Below, one piece after another: positions 44,838 to 55,589 of a stretch of DNA of 64,000 nt. The translations under genes and the position numbers were made by a program. Within the stretch, counting starts at the first letter, position 1; each line of letters starts with the position of its first letter. The DNA comes from a virus (Duplodnaviria; Caudoviricetes): IMG/VR virus record IMGVR_UViG_3300046678_000067, positions 32,001 to 96,000 of that record; one strand, written 5' to 3'. Below the pieces are notes generated by a model. The model made no database searches and was not told the DNA's origin. It was given only the letters and a program-made list of their open reading frames with translations.

Positions 44838-46586
44838 CTACAAGGCCATCCATTGTTCAAACGTCATAGCATAATTTTCGGTTACGTTCATTGTGTGGCC
44901 GCCGATATTCCGGCTATACTCCTGAACCTCGGGGTCTGCAACTTGGATATAACCAAATGGCAGAATACTTTCCATCGCAATACCGACATTTCTCTTGTAA
45001 AGGTCAGTACCGATATTACTACCGCAATATTCATTGAAAAGCTCGGTCTTGATAAACCAAGAGAATAGCACCAACGGCATAACCGTATCGTCGTGACACT
45101 CATCATCGGCTTCGTAGCTTGCGCCCTTAGCGATGAATGTGCCCAACTCTTCAATAGTTTCCTGATCCTCAATAATCAGATACTCATTTTCTAGTAGAGT
45201 CTTGAGGTTAGAACAACCAATGGATTTAACCTTCTTGGTAGTCTTTACGCCAGGTAGAGCAGCATTACCCTTACCGCCTTCTCTCAATCCGCCGATGGCT
45301 CGCTCAGAGTTAGAGGTGAGAATCACGTTCTCATATTCAAGTTCGTAATACAAGATATACGTTACTTGGCCACCAACGTCATTATTGGCTTCTACAAGAA
45401 CAGGACAACTGCCGTAAGTCATACATATATTTAGAATGGTATGCGGGAACAGCAATGGACTGATATTGTTATTCCTATATTTAGCGGCGATCTTATAGGG
45501 ATATTCAGTTACATCCAATACTGTACATACCGAATAATCTTGACCTAGACCACCAGCAGGATCAGAAATAGCAAGATATTTGCGATTTTCTTCCGGGTCA
45601 AATTCTTTATATACCTTGAAAGATTCATCTTCAGATTCCTTAATAGCGTTGATCCACTGCATTCTTTCCAATACTTCAGTTGGAACTAACGTACCTGAAG
45701 AGCCTTGGAACTTACAAGCAAACTCTTGTGCAAATCTAGAGTAACCGATGTTAGCAATAGTTTCTTCTTTCCAACGTTCGTCGCGCTTAGGATGAGCATC
45801 CCAAATTACTTCAAGTCGTGTATAGAAGTTGCGATCAGCCATCGAATCTCGCCAGAGCATATAGAACATACCACGAGCACCACGAGGCGTTGTCGTCATG
45901 ATAACGCGTGATTCCTTACCAGATGTAATAACCGGGTAAGTTGATTCGTAGAATGTCAAGTCGTTTTCGATGAAAGCAGCTTCGTCAATATAACAAAGAT
46001 CGACAGAACGGCCGCGAATACCAGAAGCTGAAGTTGCCGCCGAGAAGATGATCGAACCGTTGTCGAATTCGATACGACGCTTGTTGTATACCTTGACGCC
46101 GTGTTGTAGGAAGAAAGGCAAGTATTCGAAAGCCATACGAATACGGTCCATAATTTCCTGAGCCTGTTCACCCTTGTTAGCAAGAACCGCAATGGTCTTA
46201 GTCGGGTGGAAAATAGCAAACCAAAGAATGAAGGCGGCCATCGCAGCAGTCTTACCCATCTGACGTGCAGTAAGGGTTAGACTGAAACGATTCTCCGCAT
46301 ACATCTTGATCATTTCTTTCTGATAATCGAATAGCTTGAAAGGAATGATACCGTCATCTAGAGAAACAATACGACAATAGTTCTCGATGAAGTAAATTGG
46401 ATCTTGTTCGCACTTAGCCGCTTCGATGATGTGTTCCATCGAAAGCTCAGACTTTACGAACGCTTTCTTGATTAGAATGTTACCGTTGTAAGTGTCCTTA
46501 TACGGCAGCATGATATCATCAACCGGAAAAGGATGACCCGCGCCATCCTTATACGGAGCAAATTGAACTGCTTTCTTCTCAAACAT
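44838..46586 (-). CDS. 17: Terminase large subunit gp17
   Basis: DPIYFIENY, RQMGKT, IDEAAFI, FAQEF, HDDTVM. Confidence 0.97.
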   Translation of the reverse strand: MFEKKAVQFAPYKDGAGHPFPVDDIMLPYKDTYNGNILIKKAFVKSELSMEHIIEAAKCEQDPIYFIENYCRIVSLDDGIIPFKLFDYQKEMIKMYAENRFSLTLTARQMGKTAAMAAFILWFAIFHPTKTIAVLANKGEQAQEIMDRIRMAFEYLPFFLQHGVKVYNKRRIEFDNGSIIFSAATSASGIRGRSVDLCYIDEAAFIENDLTFYESTYPVITSGKESRVIMTTTPRGARGMFYMLWRDSMADRNFYTRLEVIWDAHPKRDERWKEETIANIGYSRFAQEFACKFQGSSGTLVPTEVLERMQWINAIKESEDESFKVYKEFDPEENRKYLAISDPAGGLGQDYSVCTVLDVTEYPYKIAAKYRNNNISPLLFPHTILNICMTYGSCPVLVEANNDVGGQVTYILYYELEYENVILTSNSERAIGGLREGGKGNAALPGVKTTKKVKSIGCSNLKTLLENEYLIIEDQETIEELGTFIAKGASYEADDECHDDTVMPLVLFSWFIKTELFNEYCGSNIGTDLYKRNVGIAMESILPFGYIQVADPEVQEYSRNIGGHTMNVTENYAMTFEQWMAL

Positions 46587-47154
46587 CAATAACCTCATCT
46601 ACTGGTTGTACTGCTTGAGGAGGATTTTCCTTAAGCATTTTCAACACTTCTGATAGAGAAGCATTGGTTGTGATGTTAGTTACATTGTTCTGCGTAACAC
46701 TACCTGCGGCCTTTTCAGCTGCTGCTCTCGCTGCTTTCTCTGCCGAAATTTCCTTGTAGATTTTCTGCATCTCAAGCAAGTCTTTAGATAGGCCGCGCAT
46801 CGTAGTTGCTAGCTCATTAAAGACAGTATAAGCCTTTGGGTGCTGAGTCTCAATAGCTACGCTTAGGGCACCTTCAAGAGCACTGCCTGCCATATCAATC
46901 AAGGTATGGGTAATGTTTCTTGAAGTGATGTAGTCGTCCCGAATATCTGAATTCTCAGTTTCAGGAACAGACGTAGCAATCTCTTTTGGTTTAAACGGGA
47001 TGACCGCTCCCCCGTTTCCACCGCTTCCCGGATGACCGCCAATCACACCATCTTCATCAATATCAAATTCTGTACTTGGGCTACGTTTGATCTCAACGCC
47101 GCGAGATTCCAACATACCCAAGGTATCTTTTAACCTATCGGACATTGTAGTCAT
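46579..47154 (-). CDS. 16: Terminase small subunit gp16
   Basis: DDYITSR, HPKAYTVF; position upstream of gp17. Confidence 0.85.
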   Translation of the reverse strand: MTTMSDRLKDTLGMLESRGVEIKRSPSTEFDIDEDGVIGGHPGSGGNGGAVIPFKPKEIATSVPETENSDIRDDYITSRNITHTLIDMAGSALEGALSVAIETQHPKAYTVFNELATTMRGLSKDLLEMQKIYKEISAEKAARAAAEKAAGSVTQNNVTNITTNASLSEVLKMLKENPPQAVQPVDEVIDV

Positions 47155-47166
47155 TTTTATTCCTTA

Positions 47167-47946
47167 TTATATGAGGTTTTCCGTAAACAAACTGAATTTG
47201 TCTAGGTTATCTCGAACTCCTTGAATCGGAGTCTGGTCTGTAATTACATCAGTTTCCATAACGTAGGCATCAGGCCACAACGCTTTCTGGATATCAACTT
47301 CACGAATCACTAGGCTAGATTGGGTTTTCTTATAGAGATAGCCCTTCAACTCAAACGTGATCTTATATTCAATAAGACGCGTTTGCATTTCTTCGTTATA
47401 GTCATCATGCATATCAATCTCTTCAATAGAAATGATGATGTCCTGTTCTACAGCAACTCCTGTCGTATCCTGAATAGTCACAGACAAATTACCATCGAAC
47501 GCTGGAATAACTTGCTCAACGATCTGTAGCATGTCATCCATATTCTTAGTTCTGATGGTCAGGTCGAATAGGAAGTTGTATGGGATTCGGTTAAACTGGA
47601 ACTGTTTCTGACCGGTTGAATCTAGAGTCGTGTTAACAATTCTATTCATCGGGTTGGTCTTTCTACTTACATCCTTGTAGATATTATCCAGGTTAAACGC
47701 CATTGCTGGAAGAATACGACTAATCTGCTTCTGTTCTCTGATGGCTGGATCTTGCGAAGCCTTCAAATACATATTACCGGCAGCATACTGAATCGGCACC
47801 TTAACGGTATCTTGTTTAGTACCGTCAGCGGACGTTCTCTGAATATATACATCAGAGAAGATCGTCCCAAATAGTGCCACATAACGACGAACAGATGCGT
47901 GATAGAAGAAGTTGTCCAGACCAAAAATAGCAGCGGTATCACTCAT
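47167..47946 (-). CDS. 15: Tail completion gp15
   Basis: FYHASVRRYVALFGTIF, VPIQY, LPAMAF, LQIVEQVIP. Confidence 0.92.
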   Translation of the reverse strand: MSDTAAIFGLDNFFYHASVRRYVALFGTIFSDVYIQRTSADGTKQDTVKVPIQYAAGNMYLKASQDPAIREQKQISRILPAMAFNLDNIYKDVSRKTNPMNRIVNTTLDSTGQKQFQFNRIPYNFLFDLTIRTKNMDDMLQIVEQVIPAFDGNLSVTIQDTTGVAVEQDIIISIEEIDMHDDYNEEMQTRLIEYKITFELKGYLYKKTQSSLVIREVDIQKALWPDAYVMETDVITDQTPIQGVRDNLDKFSLFTENLI

Positions 47947-47954
47947 TTATCACC

Positions 47955-48617
47955 TCAAAATCCAAACGTGTCTGTGGACGGCTGAACATCATAAGGAGCA
48001 AAAGCCTCTTGAATGTGTCCATTCTCATCAATCTCTTCACCAGGACCGACTTCCAATAGACGTTTCAATCCTGCATCATCCAAATCTGTAACGGTTGAAT
48101 ACGTAGAGAAATCGCTTTCCGGGTTGTTGATTTCTTCGTGGCTGTATTCGAATAGCTTACAAACCAAACGGTAAGTGTAGTTACGGCCCATCTGATAATA
48201 CTTAAGATCCATCTTCACCTTAGTGATTTCCCAAAGGGAATCAGAGAAAGGAAGATAGATCAAATCACCTTCTCTTGGTCGTTCAACTTCAGTCGCTTCT
48301 TTATTGCTTGTAACTTCCAAGCGGAATTTCCTAACTCCGACTTGGAAGATAGAAGAGTCAACCTTGTTAATACCAAACTCATCGAATACATCACCGTTGC
48401 CGTTAAAGTGTTCAACTGACTCCACGAACATCGGCAACTCATATCCTTGTTTAAAGTCAGACATAGTTGATTCGCCAAATAGCTCATCGGGGTTCAGCAG
48501 GTCACGTAGAATATAACGGACTTGTACCCCGCGTTGCTCGATTGCCTCTTCAATCAGATTAGCAACCAAATCTTGCTCGTTGGGCCGTTTGTACTGCCCC
48601 ATAATATTCATAGCCAT
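47955..48617 (-). CDS. 14: Neck protein gp14
   Basis: EQDLVANLIEEAI, RPREGDLIYLP, LFEYSHE. Confidence 0.92.
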   Translation of the reverse strand: MAMNIMGQYKRPNEQDLVANLIEEAIEQRGVQVRYILRDLLNPDELFGESTMSDFKQGYELPMFVESVEHFNGNGDVFDEFGINKVDSSIFQVGVRKFRLEVTSNKEATEVERPREGDLIYLPFSDSLWEITKVKMDLKYYQMGRNYTYRLVCKLFEYSHEEINNPESDFSTYSTVTDLDDAGLKRLLEVGPGEEIDENGHIQEAFAPYDVQPSTDTFGF

Positions 48618-48645
48618 GCTGAATCTCCTTGCGTATATCTATTAT

Positions 48646-48900
48646 TTAGGAAGCAACAGCCACATCGGTCGAGAACACTCTCCAAGCTCCGTGACTAAAA
48701 TACACAGGAACCCCGGTGCCTTGACCTGCTAGTTCACCAGCCTTTCTTCCGTTGGAAGCGAATGCAATTGTGCCTTCAGTCGGCACCGGCGAACTCGGTA
48801 GATTGGCTACGGTATAAGAACCAGAGTTGTCGATTTTATTCTTGATTGAAGATAGAATAAGGTCAATCTCTTGACCACTGTAAATTGATCTATAGCTCAT
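48646..48900 (-). CDS. Small virion-associated hypothetical protein
   Basis: YTVANLP..GTIAFASNG..GTGVPVYF motif typical of fibre/appendage domains. Confidence 0.6.
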   Translation of the reverse strand: MSYRSIYSGQEIDLILSSIKNKIDNSGSYTVANLPSSPVPTEGTIAFASNGRKAGELAGQGTGVPVYFSHGAWRVFSTDVAVAS

Positions 48901-48904
48901 ATCA

Positions 48905-49675
48905 TTAGCCCATGAAGAAGTCCATCGGACTTGAATTTAGCATTTCTCTTGTTGCTCCATCCCACTCGCTCTTACCTTCTTCATACAACTTCTGGCCGTC
49001 TAGCGCAACCCCGCCTGGAAGGATAACCTGACCGAACTTCTTCAGAACATTACCCCAAAGAACCTTACACTCAGCCGTAGCCAGTTGTAGAAGTAGTTCA
49101 TCGTCCCATAGGTCAGCAGAGGCGATTACCTTAGAAGGATCGATACCAACGTCAGCCGCTTCAGGATCGACGTTCTCATATACGCGCAAGGCGATTGTTC
49201 CGCCAGACACTAGATCGAAGTTAGGGATGAGACGGCGCTGATAGCGGACGAATTCAAACGAGAATGGTGATTGAATAATACTCATAGTATTCTCTAGGCG
49301 CTGACGCAACGTAACGAAGTCCACTAGGGAAACGTTGTTGAATCGCATACCTGCCATGAATGTTTCGCGGGTCATCTGATACTCTGCGGTAGCAAATGAT
49401 AGATCGCTGAGGGTATTACCCGCTTGAATTACCTCAACCACCGCATCGATTGTGCGAGGGATGGGGATATAACCGTTGGTCACATCCTGGTCAGTAATTG
49501 TGTAAGTATAGTGATTCTCAAAAGAGCCGTATGGGCTATATTTGAAGAAGTGACGTAGGGACGTATCAATCGCCATATCAATATGTTCGTCGGAAAGATC
49601 GACGTTGATATATGGGTGACCCAACCCTAGTAGAATTTTGTGCTTTAGCTCTGCACGAGACTGTACACGCTTCAT
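48905..49675 (-). CDS. 13: Neck protein gp13
   Basis: LGHPYINVDL, WGNVLKKF..LPGGVALDG, PMDFFMG. Confidence 0.92.
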   Translation of the reverse strand: MKRVQSRAELKHKILLGLGHPYINVDLSDEHIDMAIDTSLRHFFKYSPYGSFENHYTYTITDQDVTNGYIPIPRTIDAVVEVIQAGNTLSDLSFATAEYQMTRETFMAGMRFNNVSLVDFVTLRQRLENTMSIIQSPFSFEFVRYQRRLIPNFDLVSGGTIALRVYENVDPEAADVGIDPSKVIASADLWDDELLLQLATAECKVLWGNVLKKFGQVILPGGVALDGQKLYEEGKSEWDGATREMLNSSPMDFFMG

Positions 49676-49676
49676 A

Positions 49677-49883
49677 TTACTTCCTTTCTGTCAATAGCTG
49701 TAGAATAGTTGCTAGTGTGTTATTGATATTAGCAACTTCATTTTCTAGCCTATCCAGCCTATTGCGATTCTCCATAATAGACTTACGTTTGGCGATGTAT
49801 GATTGGTATGCATCTTGGTTGACGTTCTGGATGACCCCGTAGGTCGTTCTGGCCAAATCTGGCTCGCCTTCAACTCTAAGCAT
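49677..49883 (-). CDS. Small coiled-coil hypothetical protein
   Basis: 68 aa, usual position upstream of gp13. Confidence 0.7.
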   Translation of the reverse strand: MLRVEGEPDLARTTYGVIQNVNQDAYQSYIAKRKSIMENRNRLDRLENEVANINNTLATILQLLTERK

Positions 49884-49941
49884 TTGAATTTCTCCTGTGG
49901 AAATAGGGACTAGGTTTTCACCTAGTCCCTTATTCTCTTAT

Positions 49942-52900
49942 TTAAGCAAAAGCAAGCGCTCTAATATCAGCTAGAGCGGGAGGGGTATTATTGCTTCCCA
50001 GCAACTCCACCTTTAGCTTAAAGCCGACAAAAGTACCGTCATAGTCATATTCGTATTCAACGAAGTTTTGACTGTTAGAGATCGGAGTAGTCGGGTTCAA
50101 CTTCACCCAAGCCGTAGCAGCAACGTTCTGGTCCGTAGAATCAATTTCCTTGATATAGAAATTCATCTGAGAAGAACCGGGCAACTGCGCACCAACGAAG
50201 AATCTAGCGTGGTTGGTCGGGTTATTGAACAAGATATTCTGTGATACATAGTTGAAAATCTTCTTCGTAGAGTCAACCCGCAAGCTAATGACGATAGCGT
50301 TGATACCAGAACTTTCGATACAAGGAGACAAGTTATCCTTTGTTGTGGACATCGTTGCTCTGTACTGGAAGTCACTAGCTGCTCTCACAACCCCTTCAGA
50401 CGGCAAGGTTACGTTATCGCCCGGATTGAACTTAATCCAACCAGACTTAACGCGAGTAGCTTGAGAGGTGTACTGATATTCCCAAGTGATGCTAGAACCA
50501 TCCGGTACGAACGTATCAACGTTTCCGCTGAAGATGTTGAACGGGAAGTTAGCTGCAAGGGTCATCGCACTACCGCCAATCGAGCCAGTAGCATTCGCTG
50601 TCGTCGGAGCCTGGATCGTGAACGTATCCACATCAGACAACAAGACAGTAAATTGCACGCCGTTGATACCTGAAGCGTTGATGTTATTGCCCGTTACCAA
50701 TCCGTTGATAGTTACCTTATCGCCAGGAACCAAACCGTGAGATTGTTTAGTCACAACCAAGTTATTAGAGCCGCTGGTTGTAGCAACTGCGTTGAACGTC
50801 AGCGGAGTAACCATAGGAGCAGCGTTATCAAACACTACCACACCCGGATTTACCGTTGAGAATACCGCGCGATACACATCAAACTTCAAGTCAGCCGTCT
50901 GATCAGGCGTCCACGTAGAGCTATTTGAAGACGTCAGGAATACGCCAGTATAGGCTTGCTTAGAAAGCGCCATCGGTTGACCAATAACATCTTGTCCTTG
51001 GCGTGCAATATACACGTTATAGGATTGAGTATCAGCGGTCAATACTAGAGCATATTCAGAACCTTCTTGTAGATACACCGGATCATCAAAGATGAATGCC
51101 GTAGGAACCGAACCATCACCAGACGTGTTAACTTGGCTAGGAAGCAACGTTTTCGAAGCTAGAACTGTAGAACTCGGTAGACCTGAGCTAGCAGTTCTCA
51201 ATTCCAATGTTACCGGAATCGTACTAGACTTAGTTGCGAAGTAGATGTTGATTCTAGTTGCGAACGAGCCACCCTTAGAAGGCATCATGAACGTTTGGGC
51301 AATCGGGTCAATATATCGAACTTGACCAGTCTGAACCGCTACTGTCGATGCAGTCAATACCTTAGTGTTAGTAACCGTAATCTGACGACCTTCAGCAATA
51401 CCACCAGAACTGAACGTGGTAGAACCTGAAGAGGTCACAACGTTAGGATCAGTGCCGTTGTTAGGATCATCCGATACTGCGAACACCGAGGTGCCAACCG
51501 GGAATCTTACATTAGCGTTACACGGAACCAAATATACCCCAACCAACGAACCGTTAGCATCAGTCACTAGCGCATCACCGTAGTTACCGTATTGAGGCTT
51601 ACAGTAAGCAGAAATCGCCACGTTATCGAAGAACGGATACATTCTTGTGTATGGTCGGAATCCAGTACAAGTGAATGTAATAGGAATCGAACGCATAAAC
51701 GGAATCAACGACGTAGAGACCATATTGTCGGTTTGCGTGCTGAAGTCCTGAGTGTATGTCGTAGTTTGGTATTGGTACAGATAACTAACCATCTGGGACT
51801 TTTTCCAGTCCTTGTGACCACCCAACATATCCCGAGTCACGTGCTGCCAAGAACCCCAGAAAGTACCTTGAGGTTGACCGCCCGTATAATCAAGCGTGTT
51901 GTTAATGATGATCGGTTGGTTGTAATAAACGTCCGTCCAATAATCTCTATCTGGCGTTAGTGCAATACTACCAACCCAAGCATATACCGCATACGGATTG
52001 ATATTGATCGTCGTCGTCGCATACGGTTGAGAAACCGCAGCTGCTTCAGAGTACGATTGCAAAAATACCTTGCTAGGCTTAACTGCGGCAGAAACCGCGC
52101 TAACATATAGATCAACACCGTTTTCAGCAAAAGACGGATTCAACTGACCTACATTCACATCCATTGAAGCTGACCACTCAGGCGAATTAGCATCAGCCAT
52201 TGCGAAGTTCGTAAACCCATCCGCTGCGAAACCATTCTTGAAACGGTTTAGTCCGGTTGTAGGATCCAGAACCTCAACATTGTTAGCCTTATTCTCTAGA
52301 GAGGATAGCGACGTGTAATATTCAACGTTGGCAATACGCGTTTCCAGAGCACCAATATCTCGCATAGTGTAGCGGCGATTATCAACCGACTTGATAGAAA
52401 CGTCAGCCGTGCTTGCCGTGTATGCGTTTAGATAAAGCTCATACAACTTCATCGAGTCTTGCGGTACATCAGGAACCACAGGGCTCAGGCTAGGAATACC
52501 GCGAACATCTTTGAACTCACCCTTCGAGTTAACAACAATGATGTCTGCACGAGGCAAGTAATACGTGATATCCGCACGGATCGTTGAGCTAGGCTGAATG
52601 ACTTCGCCGTAGACCGTAGATGACGTAAAGTTACCGCTTGCATCCTTACGCGGACGGAAGTCAATATAGTCGCCTAGATTGTTACCGTTGTAGGTAGGAA
52701 GCTGATTACGCGTCATACCGCTATAGGAGTCAATCGAGAAGTAATCGCCAGCCGAATGCGAGAAGTACTGATACGTGACCTTAAGCGTAGCAATTACCAA
52801 CTGACCGTCAGCACGAATCAACTTACCGCTTTCGTACCAGTTATCGCGCTGTCCGTTGTCGAAAGTATATTGTGCCGTAACGTCTGCACCAGTCGTATTA

Positions 52901-54753
52901 TCAACAATCGATACGATCTGATAGATGTCGGAGTTAGCCATCGCTTGTTGATTTGTCGTAACGAAGCTGATAAGCTCGTTAGTAACAGTCAACAAAGTCT
53001 TTGTCTTCTGAGTCGTTACCGTCTTCAGGACCGGGGCAATAACCTTGATAGCCTCATTAGCATTACCAATACCTAGTGCGATATTCATGGTCGTGCCAAT
53101 AATAGTTCCGCCTAGCGTAATAGAAGCAACAGGGTCAAATAGCGTACCTACGCTGGCCGAGCCAGTCAAACCAACAATATACGAGTTACCGTCAACCGTA
53201 CCGAAGAACTCATTAGCTCCGCAAGATGCAGAAACGTTGCCGTTAGAATCGGTCGTTAGGTTGAATGTACGCAGAACCGTGTATGAAGTATCTCCACCGA
53301 CACCAGCCTGGAACAAAGACTTAATCGCGGGAACCGGCAACTTAAACAATAGATTGCTGTTGCTGGTGTTATACAACTGAGCCGGTAGCGTTGCGATATT
53401 AGCCGTAAACAAGCTTGACGCGTCTGTGTACTTGATAGACACAACGTTGGAGATAGCCTTACCCAAGTTCATATTCGTATCGAATACATAAACTCGGTAG
53501 TTGGTGCCATCTTTACGCATCGCGCGGACGCGAGCCGTACCAATTTGTGCGTTACCTGCATCTAGCAATAGAATCTGCTTCTTAATGTCGATATCAGGAA
53601 TAGACTTTACCGTGTTGACTAGGAAGTATTGACCGTAGTCCGCATTATAAGCAGCGTTGTTCAGGAATGCAGTATCACGAGCCTTGTCGAATACCACGTT
53701 TTGAATACCGATGTTCTCAACGCGATAGCCCTTAACATAACCGACACCCGGCTTCATCGCAGCAACTAGCTTAGTCTCATCACCACCGCTCGCAGCATCA
53801 TAGACACCGCCGTTGTTGCCAACCTTCAAATCTTCCTTGATATCCATACCGAAAACGTCAACGATGTAGTCGCCGTTGGTTTCATAGGTACGTTGAGCAA
53901 TAGCTTGTTCAATCAAAGAATAGCTGGTATAGTCGATAACCGCTGCTAGAGAACCGCCATCGAAACGTGCAATTTCGATGAAGTTGCTATCTACAGCGTT
54001 GATGTCTAGGCCCGTTAGCTTTAGGGTAATCTTTAGACGTTGTGCGCCAGGAGCATTCTGATTAGGGAATCCGGTAGCATTAGAGTACAATGATACATCG
54101 TCGGTAGCCGACACTATAGATTCATTTACCTCAAAACCAACCTTCATAGTGGTTGAGGTGTTGTACTTTGCAACTACGAAGTCTTGATCATCTGTACGAA
54201 CGAACATACCGCGAACGAAGTAGATACCAGCTTGAACCTTCATCCAAGCGCCTTCGCCCAATTCTGTAGGCGTAGCTAGTGCTAGTGCCTGGGCAGTACC
54301 GTTGCTTGCGTACGTAAAAATCTGTAGCTGTTCACCAATCGTGAAAACCTTCTCCTGATTAGTACCAGGGGTTAGCAAGTCGATGAACAATGTAACTGGG
54401 TCTGTGCTGTTAGCGTCGAAAGTCTTAGCGACTTGGAAGATCACGCCTGTATTAACCGACTTGATGTATAGATCAGAAACACCTGAGAAGTCGGTGTAGG
54501 CCGAACCAGTATTCAAAGTTAGTTTGACGTAATCTTGCGACTCAATAGCCTTGATACCACCCGGAACCACCATCGAACCTTCGGTGAACAGATGCTTACC
54601 GATTCTCTCAATCTGAGACTGTAGAATCGTTTGGGCCTGAGTCAATTCACGCGCTTGAATGGCATTGCCAGCGTTGAATAGAATCCGGTGATAATTCTTT
54701 GTCTCATCGAAGTCATCGAAGATTGGAGAAATATTAGTGTTTGTCTTTTGCAT
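49942..54753 (-). CDS. Large virion structural protein (DUF4815/VrlC-like)
   Basis: DDFDETKNYHRILF..QARELTQAQTILQ, RRYTMRDIG.LE.RI, DPIAQTF. Confidence 0.85.
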   Translation of the reverse strand: MQKTNTNISPIFDDFDETKNYHRILFNAGNAIQARELTQAQTILQSQIERIGKHLFTEGSMVVPGGIKAIESQDYVKLTLNTGSAYTDFSGVSDLYIKSVNTGVIFQVAKTFDANSTDPVTLFIDLLTPGTNQEKVFTIGEQLQIFTYASNGTAQALALATPTELGEGAWMKVQAGIYFVRGMFVRTDDQDFVVAKYNTSTTMKVGFEVNESIVSATDDVSLYSNATGFPNQNAPGAQRLKITLKLTGLDINAVDSNFIEIARFDGGSLAAVIDYTSYSLIEQAIAQRTYETNGDYIVDVFGMDIKEDLKVGNNGGVYDAASGGDETKLVAAMKPGVGYVKGYRVENIGIQNVVFDKARDTAFLNNAAYNADYGQYFLVNTVKSIPDIDIKKQILLLDAGNAQIGTARVRAMRKDGTNYRVYVFDTNMNLGKAISNVVSIKYTDASSLFTANIATLPAQLYNTSNSNLLFKLPVPAIKSLFQAGVGGDTSYTVLRTFNLTTDSNGNVSASCGANEFFGTVDGNSYIVGLTGSASVGTLFDPVASITLGGTIIGTTMNIALGIGNANEAIKVIAPVLKTVTTQKTKTLLTVTNELISFVTTNQQAMANSDIYQIVSIVDNTTGADVTAQYTFDNGQRDNWYESGKLIRADGQLVIATLKVTYQYFSHSAGDYFSIDSYSGMTRNQLPTYNGNNLGDYIDFRPRKDASGNFTSSTVYGEVIQPSSTIRADITYYLPRADIIVVNSKGEFKDVRGIPSLSPVVPDVPQDSMKLYELYLNAYTASTADVSIKSVDNRRYTMRDIGALETRIANVEYYTSLSSLENKANNVEVLDPTTGLNRFKNGFAADGFTNFAMADANSPEWSASMDVNVGQLNPSFAENGVDLYVSAVSAAVKPSKVFLQSYSEAAAVSQPYATTTININPYAVYAWVGSIALTPDRDYWTDVYYNQPIIINNTLDYTGGQPQGTFWGSWQHVTRDMLGGHKDWKKSQMVSYLYQYQTTTYTQDFSTQTDNMVSTSLIPFMRSIPITFTCTGFRPYTRMYPFFDNVAISAYCKPQYGNYGDALVTDANGSLVGVYLVPCNANVRFPVGTSVFAVSDDPNNGTDPNVVTSSGSTTFSSGGIAEGRQITVTNTKVLTASTVAVQTGQVRYIDPIAQTFMMPSKGGSFATRINIYFATKSSTIPVTLELRTASSGLPSSTVLASKTLLPSQVNTSGDGSVPTAFIFDDPVYLQEGSEYALVLTADTQSYNVYIARQGQDVIGQPMALSKQAYTGVFLTSSNSSTWTPDQTADLKFDVYRAVFSTVNPGVVVFDNAAPMVTPLTFNAVATTSGSNNLVVTKQSHGLVPGDKVTINGLVTGNNINASGINGVQFTVLLSDVDTFTIQAPTTANATGSIGGSAMTLAANFPFNIFSGNVDTFVPDGSSITWEYQYTSQATRVKSGWIKFNPGDNVTLPSEGVVRAASDFQYRATMSTTKDNLSPCIESSGINAIVISLRVDSTKKIFNYVSQNILFNNPTNHARFFVGAQLPGSSQMNFYIKEIDSTDQNVAATAWVKLNPTTPISNSQNFVEYEYDYDGTFVGFKLKVELLGSNNTPPALADIRALAFA

Positions 54754-54849
54754 ATCCTATTCCTTGGAGGAAAGTGTAATCATATCCGTTCATATAGTTT
54801 ATTTAGTGGATAACAAAAAGGAGACACGAATTAACGTGTCTCCTTTCTT

Positions 54850-55020
54850 TTATGCCGTCGGAGCTTGGGCCGTGTTGACCTGAGCTTGCGCTTCGCTAGT
54901 AATTCTACCAATCAAGCTGTTGGATAGTCTATAAGGCATTTCTTGAAGACCAGACAAGATTAGATTAACATCATCCAACGATAGATTAGACAGCGATAGT
55001 ACAATTTGTTTATCGGACAT
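54850..55020 (-). CDS. 56-aa hypothetical protein (below ORF-track cutoff)
   Basis: MSDKQIVLSLSNLSLDDVNLILSGLQEMPYRLSNSLIGRITSEAQAQV.. Confidence 0.65.
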   Translation of the reverse strand: MSDKQIVLSLSNLSLDDVNLILSGLQEMPYRLSNSLIGRITSEAQAQVNTAQAPTA

Positions 55021-55049
55021 TACAGAATTTCCAAAGGGTTAATATATAG

Positions 55050-55589
55050 TTACTTAGTGAACAGGGATTTAATTCCAGCTAGACTAGGGGTGAAGCAAAT
55101 CGGAGTACGCCATTCCGGTCCCCAAGGAGCAGTTTTCCATTGCGGCTTTCCGTCAGCATCTAGACCTAGGAAGTAATTCCAAGCTTTCCAGCCTAGCTTA
55201 GTTCCAGTTGCGGTCATGATGTTGAAATACTTACCGTCAATAGAATGGGCCTTGAAGCTGGCCGTTCCATCAGAGTTTTTGATATACGAATCCACTACCC
55301 ATTTAGTAGGGTCGAACGGAATACCGATTGCCCAGTAGCAGAATCCATAAGCCGGATTACGCCACAACCACTTAGTACGATTCCACCACTTTGAAGAGGC
55401 AGGATCAAATCCAGGATATTTGTCGTTTACTCCAGCATCTAGCGGAGCATCGAACGTCTGAAACCAGGATAGCCATTTAGGGAGATAACCATCATCCTTA
55501 CAGAACAATGCAACTAGCGGAGCTAGAGCATAGGCAAGTCCCGTAAAGATGACGTTAGCAATAGTCAATAGAATATATTTTAGGATCAT
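55050..55589 (-). CDS. Trp-rich membrane-anchored hypothetical protein
   Basis: N-terminal hydrophobic helix; LPKWLSWFQTFD, WLWRNPAYGF. Confidence 0.7.
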   Translation of the reverse strand: MILKYILLTIANVIFTGLAYALAPLVALFCKDDGYLPKWLSWFQTFDAPLDAGVNDKYPGFDPASSKWWNRTKWLWRNPAYGFCYWAIGIPFDPTKWVVDSYIKNSDGTASFKAHSIDGKYFNIMTATGTKLGWKAWNYFLGLDADGKPQWKTAPWGPEWRTPICFTPSLAGIKSLFTK